A DNA stretch of 64,000 nt from an uncultured virus (IMG/VR IMGVR_UViG_3300021089_000001). Taxonomy: Duplodnaviria; Heunggongvirae; Uroviricota; Caudoviricetes. The notes below the pieces were generated by a model. That model did no database searches. It worked only from the letters and a program-made list of their open reading frames with translations, and was not told where the DNA came from. This document shows, piece by piece, positions 50,901 through 59,735 of the stretch; positions within the stretch are counted from its first letter, which is position 1; every line of letters begins with the position of its first letter. Made by a program: the position numbers and the translations under genes. Location of the stretch: the IMG/VR virus record IMGVR_UViG_3300021089_000001, one strand, 5' to 3'.

Positions 50901-52626
50901 AAGTTGTTTAGTATTTGATAAAAAAGTTAAACAAGAAAATTGGAATTTAGACCCTGTCAATGGAACTGGACCTAGTGGATATGATTTAAATGTATCTAAG
51001 ATGCAGATGATAGGTCTACAAATGTCCTGGTACGGAGCAGGATTTATCGATTACATGACAAGAGGTGGTGATGGTAACTTTATTTTCTGTCACAGAATGA
51101 GAAATTCTAACATTAATACAGAAGCATATATGAGAACAGGTAACCAACCTGTGCGTTATGAAGTTACTAATGAAGGTCCAAATGGTAAACTTTCAGATAA
51201 TATAAATGCTGGAGATACAACAATAAGATTAGTAGATGCTTCTTTCTTTCCACCAAATGGCGGAACGCTTTATATAGATAATGAAATTATAACATACACA
51301 ACTGTTACTGGTAATAAATTAACAGGTGTTACTAGAGCAACTCAATTAACTAACTTTTCTTCAGGAGCCACTAGATCATATACAGCAGGTCCGGCGGCTG
51401 AACACTATAGAAATACTGGAGTTGTATTAATTAGTAACACGGCAAGTCCAATTATATCTCACTGGGGATCATCTTACATAACAGATGGTGACTTTGATGA
51501 AGAACGTGGATATTTGTTTAGTTATGCGGCAACGAATACAGAATTAGAAACTACGAAAAAAACTGTGTTCCTAATAAGATTAGCACCATCAGTTGCTAAC
51601 GCTTTAACAGGAGACCTTGGAGATAGAGACTTGCTTAACAGAGCCCAGTTGCTACTTGAAGGTATAGAAATTACAACAGAACCTATGGCTAGTAACCCAG
51701 GTTCACTGGTCTTACAAGGAGTGCTTAATCCTCAAAACTATCCATTAGATCCAAGTGATATAGGTTGGACGGGACTGTCAGGAACTGCACAAGGTGGTCA
51801 ACCATCGTTTGCTCAAATAGCGGCAGGTGGTTCGGTTAACTGGAACGGTGGAGCTACTCAGGTTACTGCAACAGCAGACACATCGGCGGCAATTTCAACT
51901 CAAGTTACAAACAACTGGTGGAATATGGGTAGTTGGTATAACAATTATTCATACTGGTTAAAAGAAGATGGTCCAGGAAACAACAATGGTTTTGATGGCA
52001 GAGATATTAAAGTAGGAGATTCAGTAAGTGGTGGTAGTTTCCCAGCAGGCACAATTATTACAGAGCTTTATGAATATTCTTATTACTATCTAGCATACTA
52101 CAGTAATAATCACGGTGGTATTCCGATGGGAACAGCAATTACGTTTTCTATGGGAGGTACATTAACTAATACAAACTACTTGTACATGGATCCAACTTCA
52201 TGGGAAGCTTCAAATGCCACACAAGGTACAGAATTACAAGACACTAATTTTCCATCTGGTACATCTGTTATTAGTGTAGACCCATTAGGAAGATATGGTC
52301 CAGTTGCTACTGGTACAACTTATTATAAAGTAACGTTTTCACAAACATCAACAGCGGCTATTGCCGCAGGTGCAAGTGTAACGTTCTTATTTGGTAATCC
52401 ACCATATGCACAACCAGGTGAAATGATCTTTTCATTCGTTGCACAACCAGGTGAAAGAGCAACATTATCTCTTGCTCCGATCAAGGAATTGACTAATACT
52501 ACATTAGGTGGAAGAGGAACATTTCCTAATGGTCCAGATGTGTTAGCAATTAACGTATATAGAACAGGTGGAACTGGAGCAGTTAACGGTACAGTTACAC
52601 TGCGTTGGTCAGAAGCTCAAGCGTAA
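44914..52626 (+). CDS. Giant (2570 aa) tail/baseplate-associated protein with nested repeats
   Basis: DADFEYGLQPTKW, RQSKKYIRYQSGKG, WYGAG; eight Gly-rich beta repeats; two phycobiliprotein-like domains. Confidence 0.75.
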   Translation: MAKKKLNNYIFQTGIPKNGNNYPVAHNLIDKNKEWIKDEMMGYIAEKTSQDTAADLYPNISNRITNNKTFIKDEVWAWVAAQVAGNIAPFAGYTKTEDTVETDVEAVVEAIARDVRYGGNENLRLQSGTYFIDGVLQLANSGDPEIAYWGYMRTLIKDSILPGGAFGTLQTSTSYTPTGATYTPTTGDMILTIGAHTLTVGQSVRISTLGLTFTCAMDNNATNHSYPRASGSAAPGGADFFYNKPVKVTAKDSVSITINVGVSSNTTAHTFVSATSGSVQSGTVQDLTGTNAESAGVTDFDTKLGQLIETVDNGIVQLPALTSSSYVFENFTYNSDKCDRDYDFILDAYLNDLRYNGNKQTRFIASKFWVGTTPQIDGDRQPEVAATDWVRDLLINYVLPNKSVTFTPTNVVYTPTTGVMVLTIGSHPMLVNEYIRINTNSLTFTCAMDSHATNHTYPRASGSNAPGGADYAYNEPVKITSVSATSITVNVGTSTNTSAHTFISATTGAVTQSKQNPVVTTQFTDGNNSESNATNRIVTLSNIISDVKANGLDNLPALEKNEVSSLKVVNPGGQINHEDILLITNTTRNTVLYNFADASLGCTVEYEKETDDDFKAFLHGSDTVTTIFLNADTSSHTVDDAVSIFVEGGELRTRPFDFGTDAIERFRIAKPQSMIDADFEYGLQPTKWQAIGTQRGYPSIYEVPGTDIDIASVTTDASTGTAGIGASLITVTTVGPHAMLSGDPLTIIGFAGSGVEGAGRAQGSFVVNSVTSNKIFTYYAKAKVGTANGQTISTKFTQMRKGAFYTGADLGEPSFSVVSQGSSGAVATSLKVLAGQSIVPFTGATPPTGAPVTGTGIATGTQITAITGTGGALVSPKIKGDYASGVTQVEVVDPAGILQNSVLDRGDGFGTNIINVNGAVLTLSSPLQSSLVGDQTVYSNVAGLNRSPNGTSATWQISWTGGAYTVVQGITGTNYQLGDAITILGTALGASSPANDVTINIDSVDTGGEILTFSYSGTAFDGTGSASDITGSVPGGVGTGGEFNITKTNTSYAVALASQTFTLLNPQYAGGGGTGSIWDITFTNGVYNTVTMSNGGSGFIVNDTIRIAGTEFGGQGDLNELLIRVTGVSSGVITSHSSAGTAPDATVIYTNPAFTTSGSGTLATFSVTRTGTAYTAIITAPGTNYGVSDTITIDGGNLGGASTTNDCTLTVATIDGSGGITSVTPTGLAVNTKTIAGITSGNNYVGSNAQFSVTNPVGGSYTSITATNVGQHYTLGQELTILGTQLGGLSPTHDLTITLATALGANDAIVQGNWTISGNATDGPGTLNYVANDILKINGTALGGANITNDAYVRVSSVDAEGSITGVAVTGTGTDGDVTYTEVPEWDGSTIPGWTTSLAGTGATFTIQRIGTAYTATVVATGSGFVGTEAITILGTHLGGATPANDASFTIDTVNAGAVATISAVTGTAANTQLYTNAPTEKRVGQGEAFDISITGGNYTVDQISQAGTNFWVGQIVVIPGTSLFGSSPANDCSIEITSVDAVSTGGITGTTVTGSANTGTGAAGTMLIGTNRPQTGIGAVFYITRSYTDDSSTTYTEATVSSLGTGYNVGDQIVVSGTALGGGTPAHDCNVTVQAINSSGGISQCTHSGSAVTGTGVTVYSSLTLSDVTTQVLPASSTITYSAIATIQVQFLTPHGLVPGDGFLVTIGSDDGSNNHLLASGPFLVTELPATNQLRFQARSPGQITDLNWSGFVYVRPDSFFVHRPFDGGVQLGTGGPQHGAQAIRQSKKYIRYQSGKGIMYTTGALFAPSYDILNVVADGKTVGSVISVTTDEVDHGLQVGATITLIGIAQQEFNDDYIVIQIVNERTFKVTANSSLSMLTPEFKDQPQVSLKYWNGATVRSGIFDDQNGIFWEYDGVNLNLCQRTATRQLAGTISVNPDSNTITGLGTRFREQLKAGDRIVIRGMTHVVSNVADNLTMNVTPDYRGVNPAAGVKSCLVFDKKVKQENWNLDPVNGTGPSGYDLNVSKMQMIGLQMSWYGAGFIDYMTRGGDGNFIFCHRMRNSNINTEAYMRTGNQPVRYEVTNEGPNGKLSDNINAGDTTIRLVDASFFPPNGGTLYIDNEIITYTTVTGNKLTGVTRATQLTNFSSGATRSYTAGPAAEHYRNTGVVLISNTASPIISHWGSSYITDGDFDEERGYLFSYAATNTELETTKKTVFLIRLAPSVANALTGDLGDRDLLNRAQLLLEGIEITTEPMASNPGSLVLQGVLNPQNYPLDPSDIGWTGLSGTAQGGQPSFAQIAAGGSVNWNGGATQVTATADTSAAISTQVTNNWWNMGSWYNNYSYWLKEDGPGNNNGFDGRDIKVGDSVSGGSFPAGTIITELYEYSYYYLAYYSNNHGGIPMGTAITFSMGGTLTNTNYLYMDPTSWEASNATQGTELQDTNFPSGTSVISVDPLGRYGPVATGTTYYKVTFSQTSTAAIAAGASVTFLFGNPPYAQPGEMIFSFVAQPGERATLSLAPIKELTNTTLGGRGTFPNGPDVLAINVYRTGGTGAVNGTVTLRWSEAQA
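47722..49863 (+). repeat. Eight ~85-aa Gly-rich beta repeats (G..Y..GD.I.I.GT.LGG..P.ND)
   Basis: Visible in the translation of 44914..52626; one more copy at ~23575-23856. Confidence 0.85.
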
Positions 52627-53019
52627 TTATTTCTTTTCAGGATTGTCTTTTTTTGATTGGCTATCGCCTTTTATAACTCTATAATTATCTTCGGAATGAT
52701 CAGGTGTGCTAACTTCGGATACGCTACCATGATCAGATACTAATTCTAATTGGTGAGGCATTAATGGTGGATTATACCAAGTTTCTCCTTCTTTAAAATC
52801 TTTAGTATATAAAGTTGCATCTTTAGTATCAATCCAATGTAATTTAAATGTTCCACTATTGCAAAACCATGTTTCATCTTTATCTTTATGAAAATGCATA
52901 CTAAATTTTGCACCTTTTTTAGTAAACACCATAATTTTTCCACAGTATTTGTCGCTAGAAGCCCATATTAATTCATAGCCCCAACCCATTTCTCTTTTAC
53001 CTAGTTTATTGATCATCAA
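52627..53019 (-). CDS. Cupin-fold sugar isomerase-like protein
   Basis: GWGYELIW, FSMHFH..KDETW, PH, EVST. Confidence 0.8.
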   Translation of the reverse strand: MMINKLGKREMGWGYELIWASSDKYCGKIMVFTKKGAKFSMHFHKDKDETWFCNSGTFKLHWIDTKDATLYTKDFKEGETWYNPPLMPHQLELVSDHGSVSEVSTPDHSEDNYRVIKGDSQSKKDNPEKK

Positions 53020-53827
53020 TAAATTCCTTAATTGTTTTCCAATTAATGTTTATATGTTTATTTAATTTTGTTAAATCGGCGCAAGTATAAGTTTGATATT
53101 GTTTGCTTAAATTTAATGGCATAGGTATTGTTTCTAACTTGGCATTGTATTTTTCAGCAATAATTTTAGCTACTCTTAAAAAACTAGTAGATTTACCAGT
53201 ACCTACATTAAAAATACCACTAATATCTTGCTCTAACATTTGTTGATGTACTTTACATACATCACTAACACAAACAAAATCTCTAAGATAATTTTCACTA
53301 TTTTCAAAAATTTTAATTGATTTATTTTCTTTAGCTTGTTTTGTAAATTTAGTTATAGGAGATGCTTGATCTTTTTTATCTTCTTCATGATGACCATACA
53401 CATTAAAATATCTAAATCCTTGTACAAGAATTTGAAATCCATCTTTATCTACAGATTCTATAAAACGATCAAAGAAATATTTGCTCCATGCATAAGCATT
53501 CATTGGGTACACAGGACCTTCTTCATTAAAATTACCTGTAGTTCCATATACACTAGCAGAGCTGGCATATTGAAAATTTGTTCCCATACTATCACATAAT
53601 TGTAATAATCTCATACTGAAATCATAATTTTGTTTCATTATTTTGTTTACATCGGTTTCAGTAGTTGTAGAAATTGCTCCTAAATGAATTATCCAATCAT
53701 ATTTTGATGGATCTGGAAAAGAATTTTCTATATAATCATAACCTTCTACAGTATGTCCTTTGGTTTGTAAATGTGCAAACAAATTACGTCCTATAAATCC
53801 TTTATATCCTGTTATTAAAATATTCAT
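53006..53827 (-). CDS. hldD: ADP-L-glycero-D-manno-heptose 6-epimerase
   Basis: ITGYKGFIG, HLGAISTT, YASSASVYG, YAWSK, FRYFNVYG, RDFV, YQTYTCAD; start at 53827 overlaps the upstream TAA (TAATG). Confidence 0.88.
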   Translation of the reverse strand: MNILITGYKGFIGRNLFAHLQTKGHTVEGYDYIENSFPDPSKYDWIIHLGAISTTTETDVNKIMKQNYDFSMRLLQLCDSMGTNFQYASSASVYGTTGNFNEEGPVYPMNAYAWSKYFFDRFIESVDKDGFQILVQGFRYFNVYGHHEEDKKDQASPITKFTKQAKENKSIKIFENSENYLRDFVCVSDVCKVHQQMLEQDISGIFNVGTGKSTSFLRVAKIIAEKYNAKLETIPMPLNLSKQYQTYTCADLTKLNKHININWKTIKEFIDDQ

Positions 53828-54426
53828 TAGTATCCGTCTGTTTGCCAATCTCTAGTTAATTTACATATTTCTTCTGGTATAGACAAATAAGAATATTTGC
53901 TATCTGGAATTGGTACAAAATTAATATTAATTGCTATTCTAACTTTTTCATCTGTACAAGTAGAACCTGAATGATTTAGATAGCTAGGAAAAATAACCAT
54001 TGAATTTGCAACACTAGGTATTTGTACACCATTTTTAAATTCAGTATATCCATTATTAGTATTAACATAAAATATTGCTGTAAGTGAGCAAGGATGAATA
54101 GTATCTACATGGTATCCGTGAACAACTACTTTATCGGCTTTTGGAACAAGATTAGCTTTAATTCTAACAAAGTTTATTGGATCTAAAACTGCAAAAATTG
54201 GCATTAAAATTTCCCAATTTTCTCCTTGTGTAACAATTTTACTAAATTCTTGAAATTGATGTACAAATTGTTGTTGATATTCTGATGTACCTGGTTTTGC
54301 AGTGGCCTCACCTACAACATAATCATAGTAATACCAAGGAAAACTTTTATCCATTATTCTATTTCTTAATTTTTCAAAATCTTCAGTACTTAATACATCA
54401 TTAACAGTTATAATTTTATCTTTCAT
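53827..54426 (-). CDS. 2OG-Fe(II) oxygenase family protein
   Basis: HVD, TAIFYVN.NNG.T, H and RIAININF facial-triad pattern. Confidence 0.85.
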   Translation of the reverse strand: MKDKIITVNDVLSTEDFEKLRNRIMDKSFPWYYYDYVVGEATAKPGTSEYQQQFVHQFQEFSKIVTQGENWEILMPIFAVLDPINFVRIKANLVPKADKVVVHGYHVDTIHPCSLTAIFYVNTNNGYTEFKNGVQIPSVANSMVIFPSYLNHSGSTCTDEKVRIAININFVPIPDSKYSYLSIPEEICKLTRDWQTDGY

Positions 54427-55657
54427 TTTTAATTTTCTCTATTATATCACTTGTAGAATGTCCTTCTATTCTTGAAAAAATTTTAACTTCTGCAAGTTCA
54501 TTTCCTATTACTGTTTCTACAGTCCAATCACCACCTTTTACTATAATATCTGGCATAATTTCTTGCATAAGATTGTGTGGATTATCTTCTTCAAAAACTT
54601 TAACTTCATCTACCCACGGTAACATCATTAATTGTTTAATTCTTTTATCAACATCATTAATAGGTCTATCAGGACCTTTTATTTTTTTAACACTAGCATC
54701 ACTATTAATTCCAACAATTAATTTTTTACCTAAACTTTTTGCATATTTTAATAACTCTAAATGACCTATATGTAAAATATCAAATACTCCATTAGTAAAA
54801 ATAACTCCTTTTTGTAAATCATTTAAAGTAACAGGAACAACACCACGTTGTTCTACATTTCTAGCTGATGCCATACACGCCAATTTACAACATTCAAATA
54901 TATTAATATCTTTGGATATACCATAAGCTAATACACTTAAAAATGTATCTCCTGCGCCTGTAACATCAGCAACATCTTTTGCTTTTTCTTTTAATAATTG
55001 ATATTCACCTGTAGTAGATAATACATGAGCACCATTACTACCATCTGTAACTATTAACCATGTCCATTGATGATCTCGCATAAATTTAAGAGCATCACTA
55101 ATTGAAAATACACCATTCCATTCTTTGTATTCTTTCATATTAGGTTTAACAATATAGGCACCATCATAGGTATCTGCACTTTGTTTTGGATCTATTATTA
55201 CATATTTTGTTTTTTCTAATAATTTAGATATTGTATCTTTTTTAATAACACCTTTACTATAATCACTAACAATTACTATATCATTTTCATTACAATCAAC
55301 GGTAATTTCATTAGAATAGTTTTCTTCTTTATCTAATCTTAAAACGTGTTTACCACCTTGACCTATTATTCTTGTTTTAGTAGTTGTAATAGAATGGTTA
55401 TAATTTAATTTAGGATGTATATCTTTATTCAAAAATAATTTTATTAATTTTTTACCTGCTTCATCTTGCCCTACTGCACCATATAATTCGCAAGGTACTT
55501 TTAAATTTGCAATATTAACTGCAACATTTCCAGCACCACCTATACTATATCTTTTATTATGTTCTTTTAAAACTAATACAGGACCTTCAGGTGAAACTCT
55601 GTTAGCTTGACCTTCTATCCATACATCTAGCATAATATCGCCTATTATTTTAATCAT
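54416..55657 (-). CDS. hldE: Bifunctional heptose-7-phosphate kinase / heptose-1-phosphate adenylyltransferase
   Basis: GDIMLD..RVSPEGPV, GGAGNVA, SDYSKG, DVTGAGDT; FTNGVFDILHIGH, INSDASV, KGGDW. Confidence 0.93.
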   Translation of the reverse strand: MIKIIGDIMLDVWIEGQANRVSPEGPVLVLKEHNKRYSIGGAGNVAVNIANLKVPCELYGAVGQDEAGKKLIKLFLNKDIHPKLNYNHSITTTKTRIIGQGGKHVLRLDKEENYSNEITVDCNENDIVIVSDYSKGVIKKDTISKLLEKTKYVIIDPKQSADTYDGAYIVKPNMKEYKEWNGVFSISDALKFMRDHQWTWLIVTDGSNGAHVLSTTGEYQLLKEKAKDVADVTGAGDTFLSVLAYGISKDINIFECCKLACMASARNVEQRGVVPVTLNDLQKGVIFTNGVFDILHIGHLELLKYAKSLGKKLIVGINSDASVKKIKGPDRPINDVDKRIKQLMMLPWVDEVKVFEEDNPHNLMQEIMPDIIVKGGDWTVETVIGNELAEVKIFSRIEGHSTSDIIEKIKNER

Positions 55658-56088
55658 GTTATAAATTTAATCATTTTAAAAACTGTTTCTAATTTTGTTT
55701 GATTAGTTTTATTTTGTAGTGTTTTTCTTAATCCTTGGTGCAAAGGTTTAGGCCATCTACCAAAAGTTACCCAAGAATAACCATCATGTTCTTGATTTAA
55801 TTTAGGTATAAATTCATTTTTAACTAAACAGAGATATGTGTGATATAAGAAATTTTCATCATTACTGATAAAAGTTTCCATAGGAATTGTTTTAATAATT
55901 TTTTGATCGCCTATTTCTTCTTTAATTTCTCTTTTCAAACCTTCCCACGCATTAGAATCAGTAGTAGTTGTTCCACCAACTAAACCCCATACGTGATTTT
56001 GTTTACTTTGTGTTCTATGTAATAATAAAAAACGTTGGGTGTCTAAAGTATAGAAAAGTGCTCCGCAACCAATTATTCTCTGGGTCAT
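55654..56088 (-). CDS. NUDIX hydrolase
   Basis: WGLVGG......W.GLKREIKEEIG Nudix box; LNQEH. Confidence 0.88.
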   Translation of the reverse strand: MTQRIIGCGALFYTLDTQRFLLLHRTQSKQNHVWGLVGGTTTTDSNAWEGLKREIKEEIGDQKIIKTIPMETFISNDENFLYHTYLCLVKNEFIPKLNQEHDGYSWVTFGRWPKPLHQGLRKTLQNKTNQTKLETVFKMIKFIT

Positions 56089-56101
56089 GTAAATAATTAT
56101 C

Positions 56102-57562
56102 TTAAAGAGAGATGTTCCAGGTTCCTTTACGATATTCGCCTTCGAAACTTAATAACCAATTTGCGCCATCCCATTTATATTGAATGCCTGTATTAAGGTT
56201 GGTAATGTAGGTAGGAGTAAATGCTGTTGAATCTTCTAAATTATTAGCACTTGCATTAAAAATTATTGTCCAATCTGTTCCATTCCATTCTATAATATCA
56301 TTAGCTTGAGCTATCAAGTCTCCTGCACCACCTTTCCATGCATCTGGTCCGTCTGTATTTTCTGTATCGCCTATAGGTCCTAATAACAATAATCTTTGAC
56401 CTGCTACTTTTGTAGTTGATGGATTATAAGAAATAGGATCTATTACAAAATCTACTGTACCTCTTGCATCTGCATAGCCTTGAATAACGGAATCAGTAGG
56501 AATAGAATCCGTGTCCCAATTTATAATTAATTGATTTTCATTTAAAGTGTTTACTGCAAACGTTCCAGTAATTCTTGTACTAACATCTTTTCTATTCAGA
56601 TATATTGTACTAATTCCTGCTTGGTAACTACCTGGTAATCTTTCTAATAAAGAATTCCAATTCACATTTCCAACAACACCTTTTTGTATTATTTGTGCAA
56701 TATTATTCATTACAAGTATATCATATTGAATACCTGTAGTTCCTACAACACTATCAACATCTGCTTTGAAAGTTTCACTAGTATCAATTGTTCCATCTGC
56801 TGTTTTAACAATGTCTGCTTTAATACTTTTAGAATAATCGTCTTGATATGCTTGTAATTCAGGCATAGACTGACTAAGGTCAATGTTACCTGTTTTTTCA
56901 TTATATATACTAGTAATAATTTGTGTTACTACTCCTAATTTTTTAACCTTAGTTGGAGGACTTATCCAAATAGGCGTTGTAAATCCTAAAGTAGCTACAT
57001 CTATTTCACTCTCTGTTCCAGTTGGAATTGTTCTTCCACTAAAAATAACACTTGTTAAATCTACTACACTTAAACTAGTCCAATCAACATAATTGTCTGT
57101 AGTTTGTATTTCTAAACTTGGATTGAACAACATCATAACTTGTTCTAAAATTTGTAATTTTTGTTCTGTGTTTGTAGACCATATATCACAACTTACTCCT
57201 AATGAATAAGGTGTAGGCATTAAACGTTCTACTGTATAATTTTGTCCTTGTGTATTTAGGTATTCTTTTCCTGCTTCATCATATTGTCTTTCTCTTACAT
57301 GAATTTTACTAATATAAGTAGCATCTGCTAATCTATCTCTAGCCATTTCTAAATTAGTAATGTATATTGCCATTCTTGGAGCTGATGGAATTTTATTTTC
57401 TGAATTATCTCTAATAATATGAGCAACTTGTCTAGTCATATCACCGTACATAACAGGTATTTGTCTTAAAACACCATCGCCATCTTTATAGCTAAAATTA
57501 CTCATTAGTCTAATAATTTGAGTTATGTATCGTCTAATTTGTCCGTCGTAAAAAAATTGCAT
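56102..57562 (-). CDS. gp15: Tail terminator/sheath stabiliser (gp15 family) with C-terminal extension
   Basis: FFYDGQIRRY, PVMYG, PRM, PTPY, QILEQ..LFNP. Confidence 0.85.
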   Translation of the reverse strand: MQFFYDGQIRRYITQIIRLMSNFSYKDGDGVLRQIPVMYGDMTRQVAHIIRDNSENKIPSAPRMAIYITNLEMARDRLADATYISKIHVRERQYDEAGKEYLNTQGQNYTVERLMPTPYSLGVSCDIWSTNTEQKLQILEQVMMLFNPSLEIQTTDNYVDWTSLSVVDLTSVIFSGRTIPTGTESEIDVATLGFTTPIWISPPTKVKKLGVVTQIITSIYNEKTGNIDLSQSMPELQAYQDDYSKSIKADIVKTADGTIDTSETFKADVDSVVGTTGIQYDILVMNNIAQIIQKGVVGNVNWNSLLERLPGSYQAGISTIYLNRKDVSTRITGTFAVNTLNENQLIINWDTDSIPTDSVIQGYADARGTVDFVIDPISYNPSTTKVAGQRLLLLGPIGDTENTDGPDAWKGGAGDLIAQANDIIEWNGTDWTIIFNASANNLEDSTAFTPTYITNLNTGIQYKWDGANWLLSFEGEYRKGTWNISL

Positions 57563-57720
57563 TATTTCTTCTCTGTTTTTTCTAGTTTAGATGGATAATT
57601 TTTTTTCACTGGCTCATAAAAAGTTCTAACTTTACCCATCCAATTTCGAGTAACTTTTTTAAGTCCTACTGCTTTTTCTGTACCAGGTATAGGTATTCCA
57701 AAAAATTCTTTAATTCTCAT
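57562..57720 (-). CDS. 52-aa basic protein between gp14 and gp15 (not in ORF track)
   Basis: MRIKEFFGIPIPGTEKAVGLKKVTRNWMGKVRTFYEPVKKNYPSKLEKTEKK; TAATG overlaps at both ends. Confidence 0.75.
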   Translation of the reverse strand: MRIKEFFGIPIPGTEKAVGLKKVTRNWMGKVRTFYEPVKKNYPSKLEKTEKK

Positions 57721-58877
57721 TAACCATCCGCCTTAGGTTTAAGTGCTTTAGATAAACTTTGTCTTTCAGTTACATCTTTTCCACCTATTGTATTAGTTGC
57801 TGTATTATTAACAAAACCAGTTTTCATAGTATTTCTTGTATCTGTATTTGTTAATGTCATACGTAATGAATCTTCCATTTTAACCCATCTAGCACCATCA
57901 AATCTAAATAATCTATTTGGTAAAAAGTCTGTTCTTAAATAATAGTCACCATTAATAGATCCTAATGGGAAAGTAATTCCATGACCAAACACTTCTCCGT
58001 TAGGTGCAAGTCCATCACCTATTAAGTATCCATCATATCCTTCTCTTTCAGGTGTTTGTTGTACTCTATCTGCTAATTCATTTTGTGTACTAGCATCTAG
58101 TGTATTTGTATCTGTTGTAACAAGTTCTGTTCTTCCTTGTTTATCTACTTGTAATGTATATAAATGGCTAGTTTCGTATCCGCTTTTTTTAGTATCTGCT
58201 TCTGCTTGAGCAACAACGGCAGTATTAATTTGCATTTCTGCTTCATAAGTGGATAATACATCTCTTAATGTTTGACTAGATCCTTCTTCTGCAGGTAAAT
58301 CTAGTATACCTTTAAATTCTTGACTGTCTACTATTTGTTTTAATTTTACTCTATATAAATGAGGATACCACGATACACTAAATCCTTCTGCCGCCCTACT
58401 TATATCTTCTACTACATAGTATCTTTTTAACGCTAAATTAAAATCATTAAGAGCGTGTTCATCTTTAAGATGTGGTAATTCGAATACATCTCCTGGCATG
58501 ACTTTTCTACCTAAAGTTTCTACAGATGTAGATATAGGAATAGTCATAAACAACGTATCATTTTGTAAAAATAATCCAAATTGACTCATATCAAAGTCAA
58601 TATCTTGTACGTTGTAAATGCCTCTTAATTGATAAATGCTAGAATCATATTTTCTATCCCTATTTTCAAGGAATAACATATCTTGAATATTTGTTTCTTT
58701 AACAGCATCATACCTTGGTTGGCTAGATGTTGCGTCTGCTTCTTCAGGATTCTTAGGACCAAGGTATTTGTGTACAAATACGTCAGTACCTCCCACGGTA
58801 AACATCTCATTAACCGTCCTATCTAGAAACGCATAGTCATGACCCTTCTCTGGTTTATATAGACTTATTCTTGGCAT
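57720..58877 (-). CDS. gp14: Neck/head-closure protein (gp14 family)
   Basis: LFLENRDRKYD, SQFGLF..DTLF, PGDVFELP; adjacent to gp13 and gp15. Confidence 0.78.
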   Translation of the reverse strand: MPRISLYKPEKGHDYAFLDRTVNEMFTVGGTDVFVHKYLGPKNPEEADATSSQPRYDAVKETNIQDMLFLENRDRKYDSSIYQLRGIYNVQDIDFDMSQFGLFLQNDTLFMTIPISTSVETLGRKVMPGDVFELPHLKDEHALNDFNLALKRYYVVEDISRAAEGFSVSWYPHLYRVKLKQIVDSQEFKGILDLPAEEGSSQTLRDVLSTYEAEMQINTAVVAQAEADTKKSGYETSHLYTLQVDKQGRTELVTTDTNTLDASTQNELADRVQQTPEREGYDGYLIGDGLAPNGEVFGHGITFPLGSINGDYYLRTDFLPNRLFRFDGARWVKMEDSLRMTLTNTDTRNTMKTGFVNNTATNTIGGKDVTERQSLSKALKPKADG

Positions 58878-58883
58878 ATGTTA

Positions 58884-58914
58884 TATTTATTCATAGGCAG
58901 GTACTTGATAAATA
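58884..58914. promoter_or_regulatory. Back-to-back late promoters for gp14 (-) and gp13 (+)
   Basis: ATAAATA on the minus strand at 58884-58890 and on the plus strand at 58908-58914. Confidence 0.7.
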
Positions 58915-58932
58915 TCTATAGAGAAGTATTAT

Positions 58933-59691
58933 ATGGCAGATTTAGCTACACAAAAACAGGAAATCTTTGACTACGTATACAATATGCTAGGTGGTGGCAT
59001 GGTAGAAGTAGAGCTAGATCCACCACATTATGAAACAGCTTTACAAGATTCTCTTGATAGATTTAGACAAAGATCCGACAATTCAGTAGAAGAAAGCTAT
59101 ATGTTTCTCCCTACTGTAATAGACCAAAACGCATATACTTTAGGGCAAGAAGTAATAGAAGTTAAAAAGATATACAGACGATCAATTGGTTCTAGAACAG
59201 GCGGTGGAGACGGTGGTACATTATTTGAACCATTTAATTTAGCATATACAAATACCTACTTACTAGCAAGTACAAATATGGGTGGGTTATCAACTTATAA
59301 CTTGTTTACACAATATCAAGAACTTGTAGGAAGAATGTTTGGTAGCTTTATTGAATTTAAATGGAATACTACTACTAAAGAATTAACATTACTACAAAGA
59401 CCTAGAGCAGAAGAAGAAATTCTATTATATTGCTACAATTATAGACCAGCTACAGAATTATTAAGAGATTATCTTGCTAAAGAATGGCTTAAAAGATATA
59501 CTCTAGCATTATGCAAAATGGCGCTAGGACAAGCAAGATCTAAATTTACCACAATTGCAGGCCCACAAGGTGGAGCCGCTTTAAATGGTACGGCACTAAT
59601 CGCAGAAGGACAATCCGAAATAGAAAAACTTGACGAAGAACTTAAATTACAAGTTGCTGGCGGTCAAGGATATCACTTCACAATTGGTTAA
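58933..59691 (+). CDS. gp13: Neck protein (gp13 family)
   Basis: LGGGMVEVEL, WLKRYTLALCK..LGQARSKF..GPQGG..LNG. Confidence 0.9.
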   Translation: MADLATQKQEIFDYVYNMLGGGMVEVELDPPHYETALQDSLDRFRQRSDNSVEESYMFLPTVIDQNAYTLGQEVIEVKKIYRRSIGSRTGGGDGGTLFEPFNLAYTNTYLLASTNMGGLSTYNLFTQYQELVGRMFGSFIEFKWNTTTKELTLLQRPRAEEEILLYCYNYRPATELLRDYLAKEWLKRYTLALCKMALGQARSKFTTIAGPQGGAALNGTALIAEGQSEIEKLDEELKLQVAGGQGYHFTIG

Positions 59692-59700
59692 TAAAAACAT

Positions 59701-59729
59701 TTGACATTAGTACTATTATCCGTTATAGT
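59701..59729 (+). promoter_or_regulatory. Sigma70-type early promoter, probably producing a leaderless mRNA
   Basis: TTGACA-N17-TATAGT, with the ATG 6 nt downstream. Confidence 0.78.
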
Positions 59730-59735
59730 ATTAAA

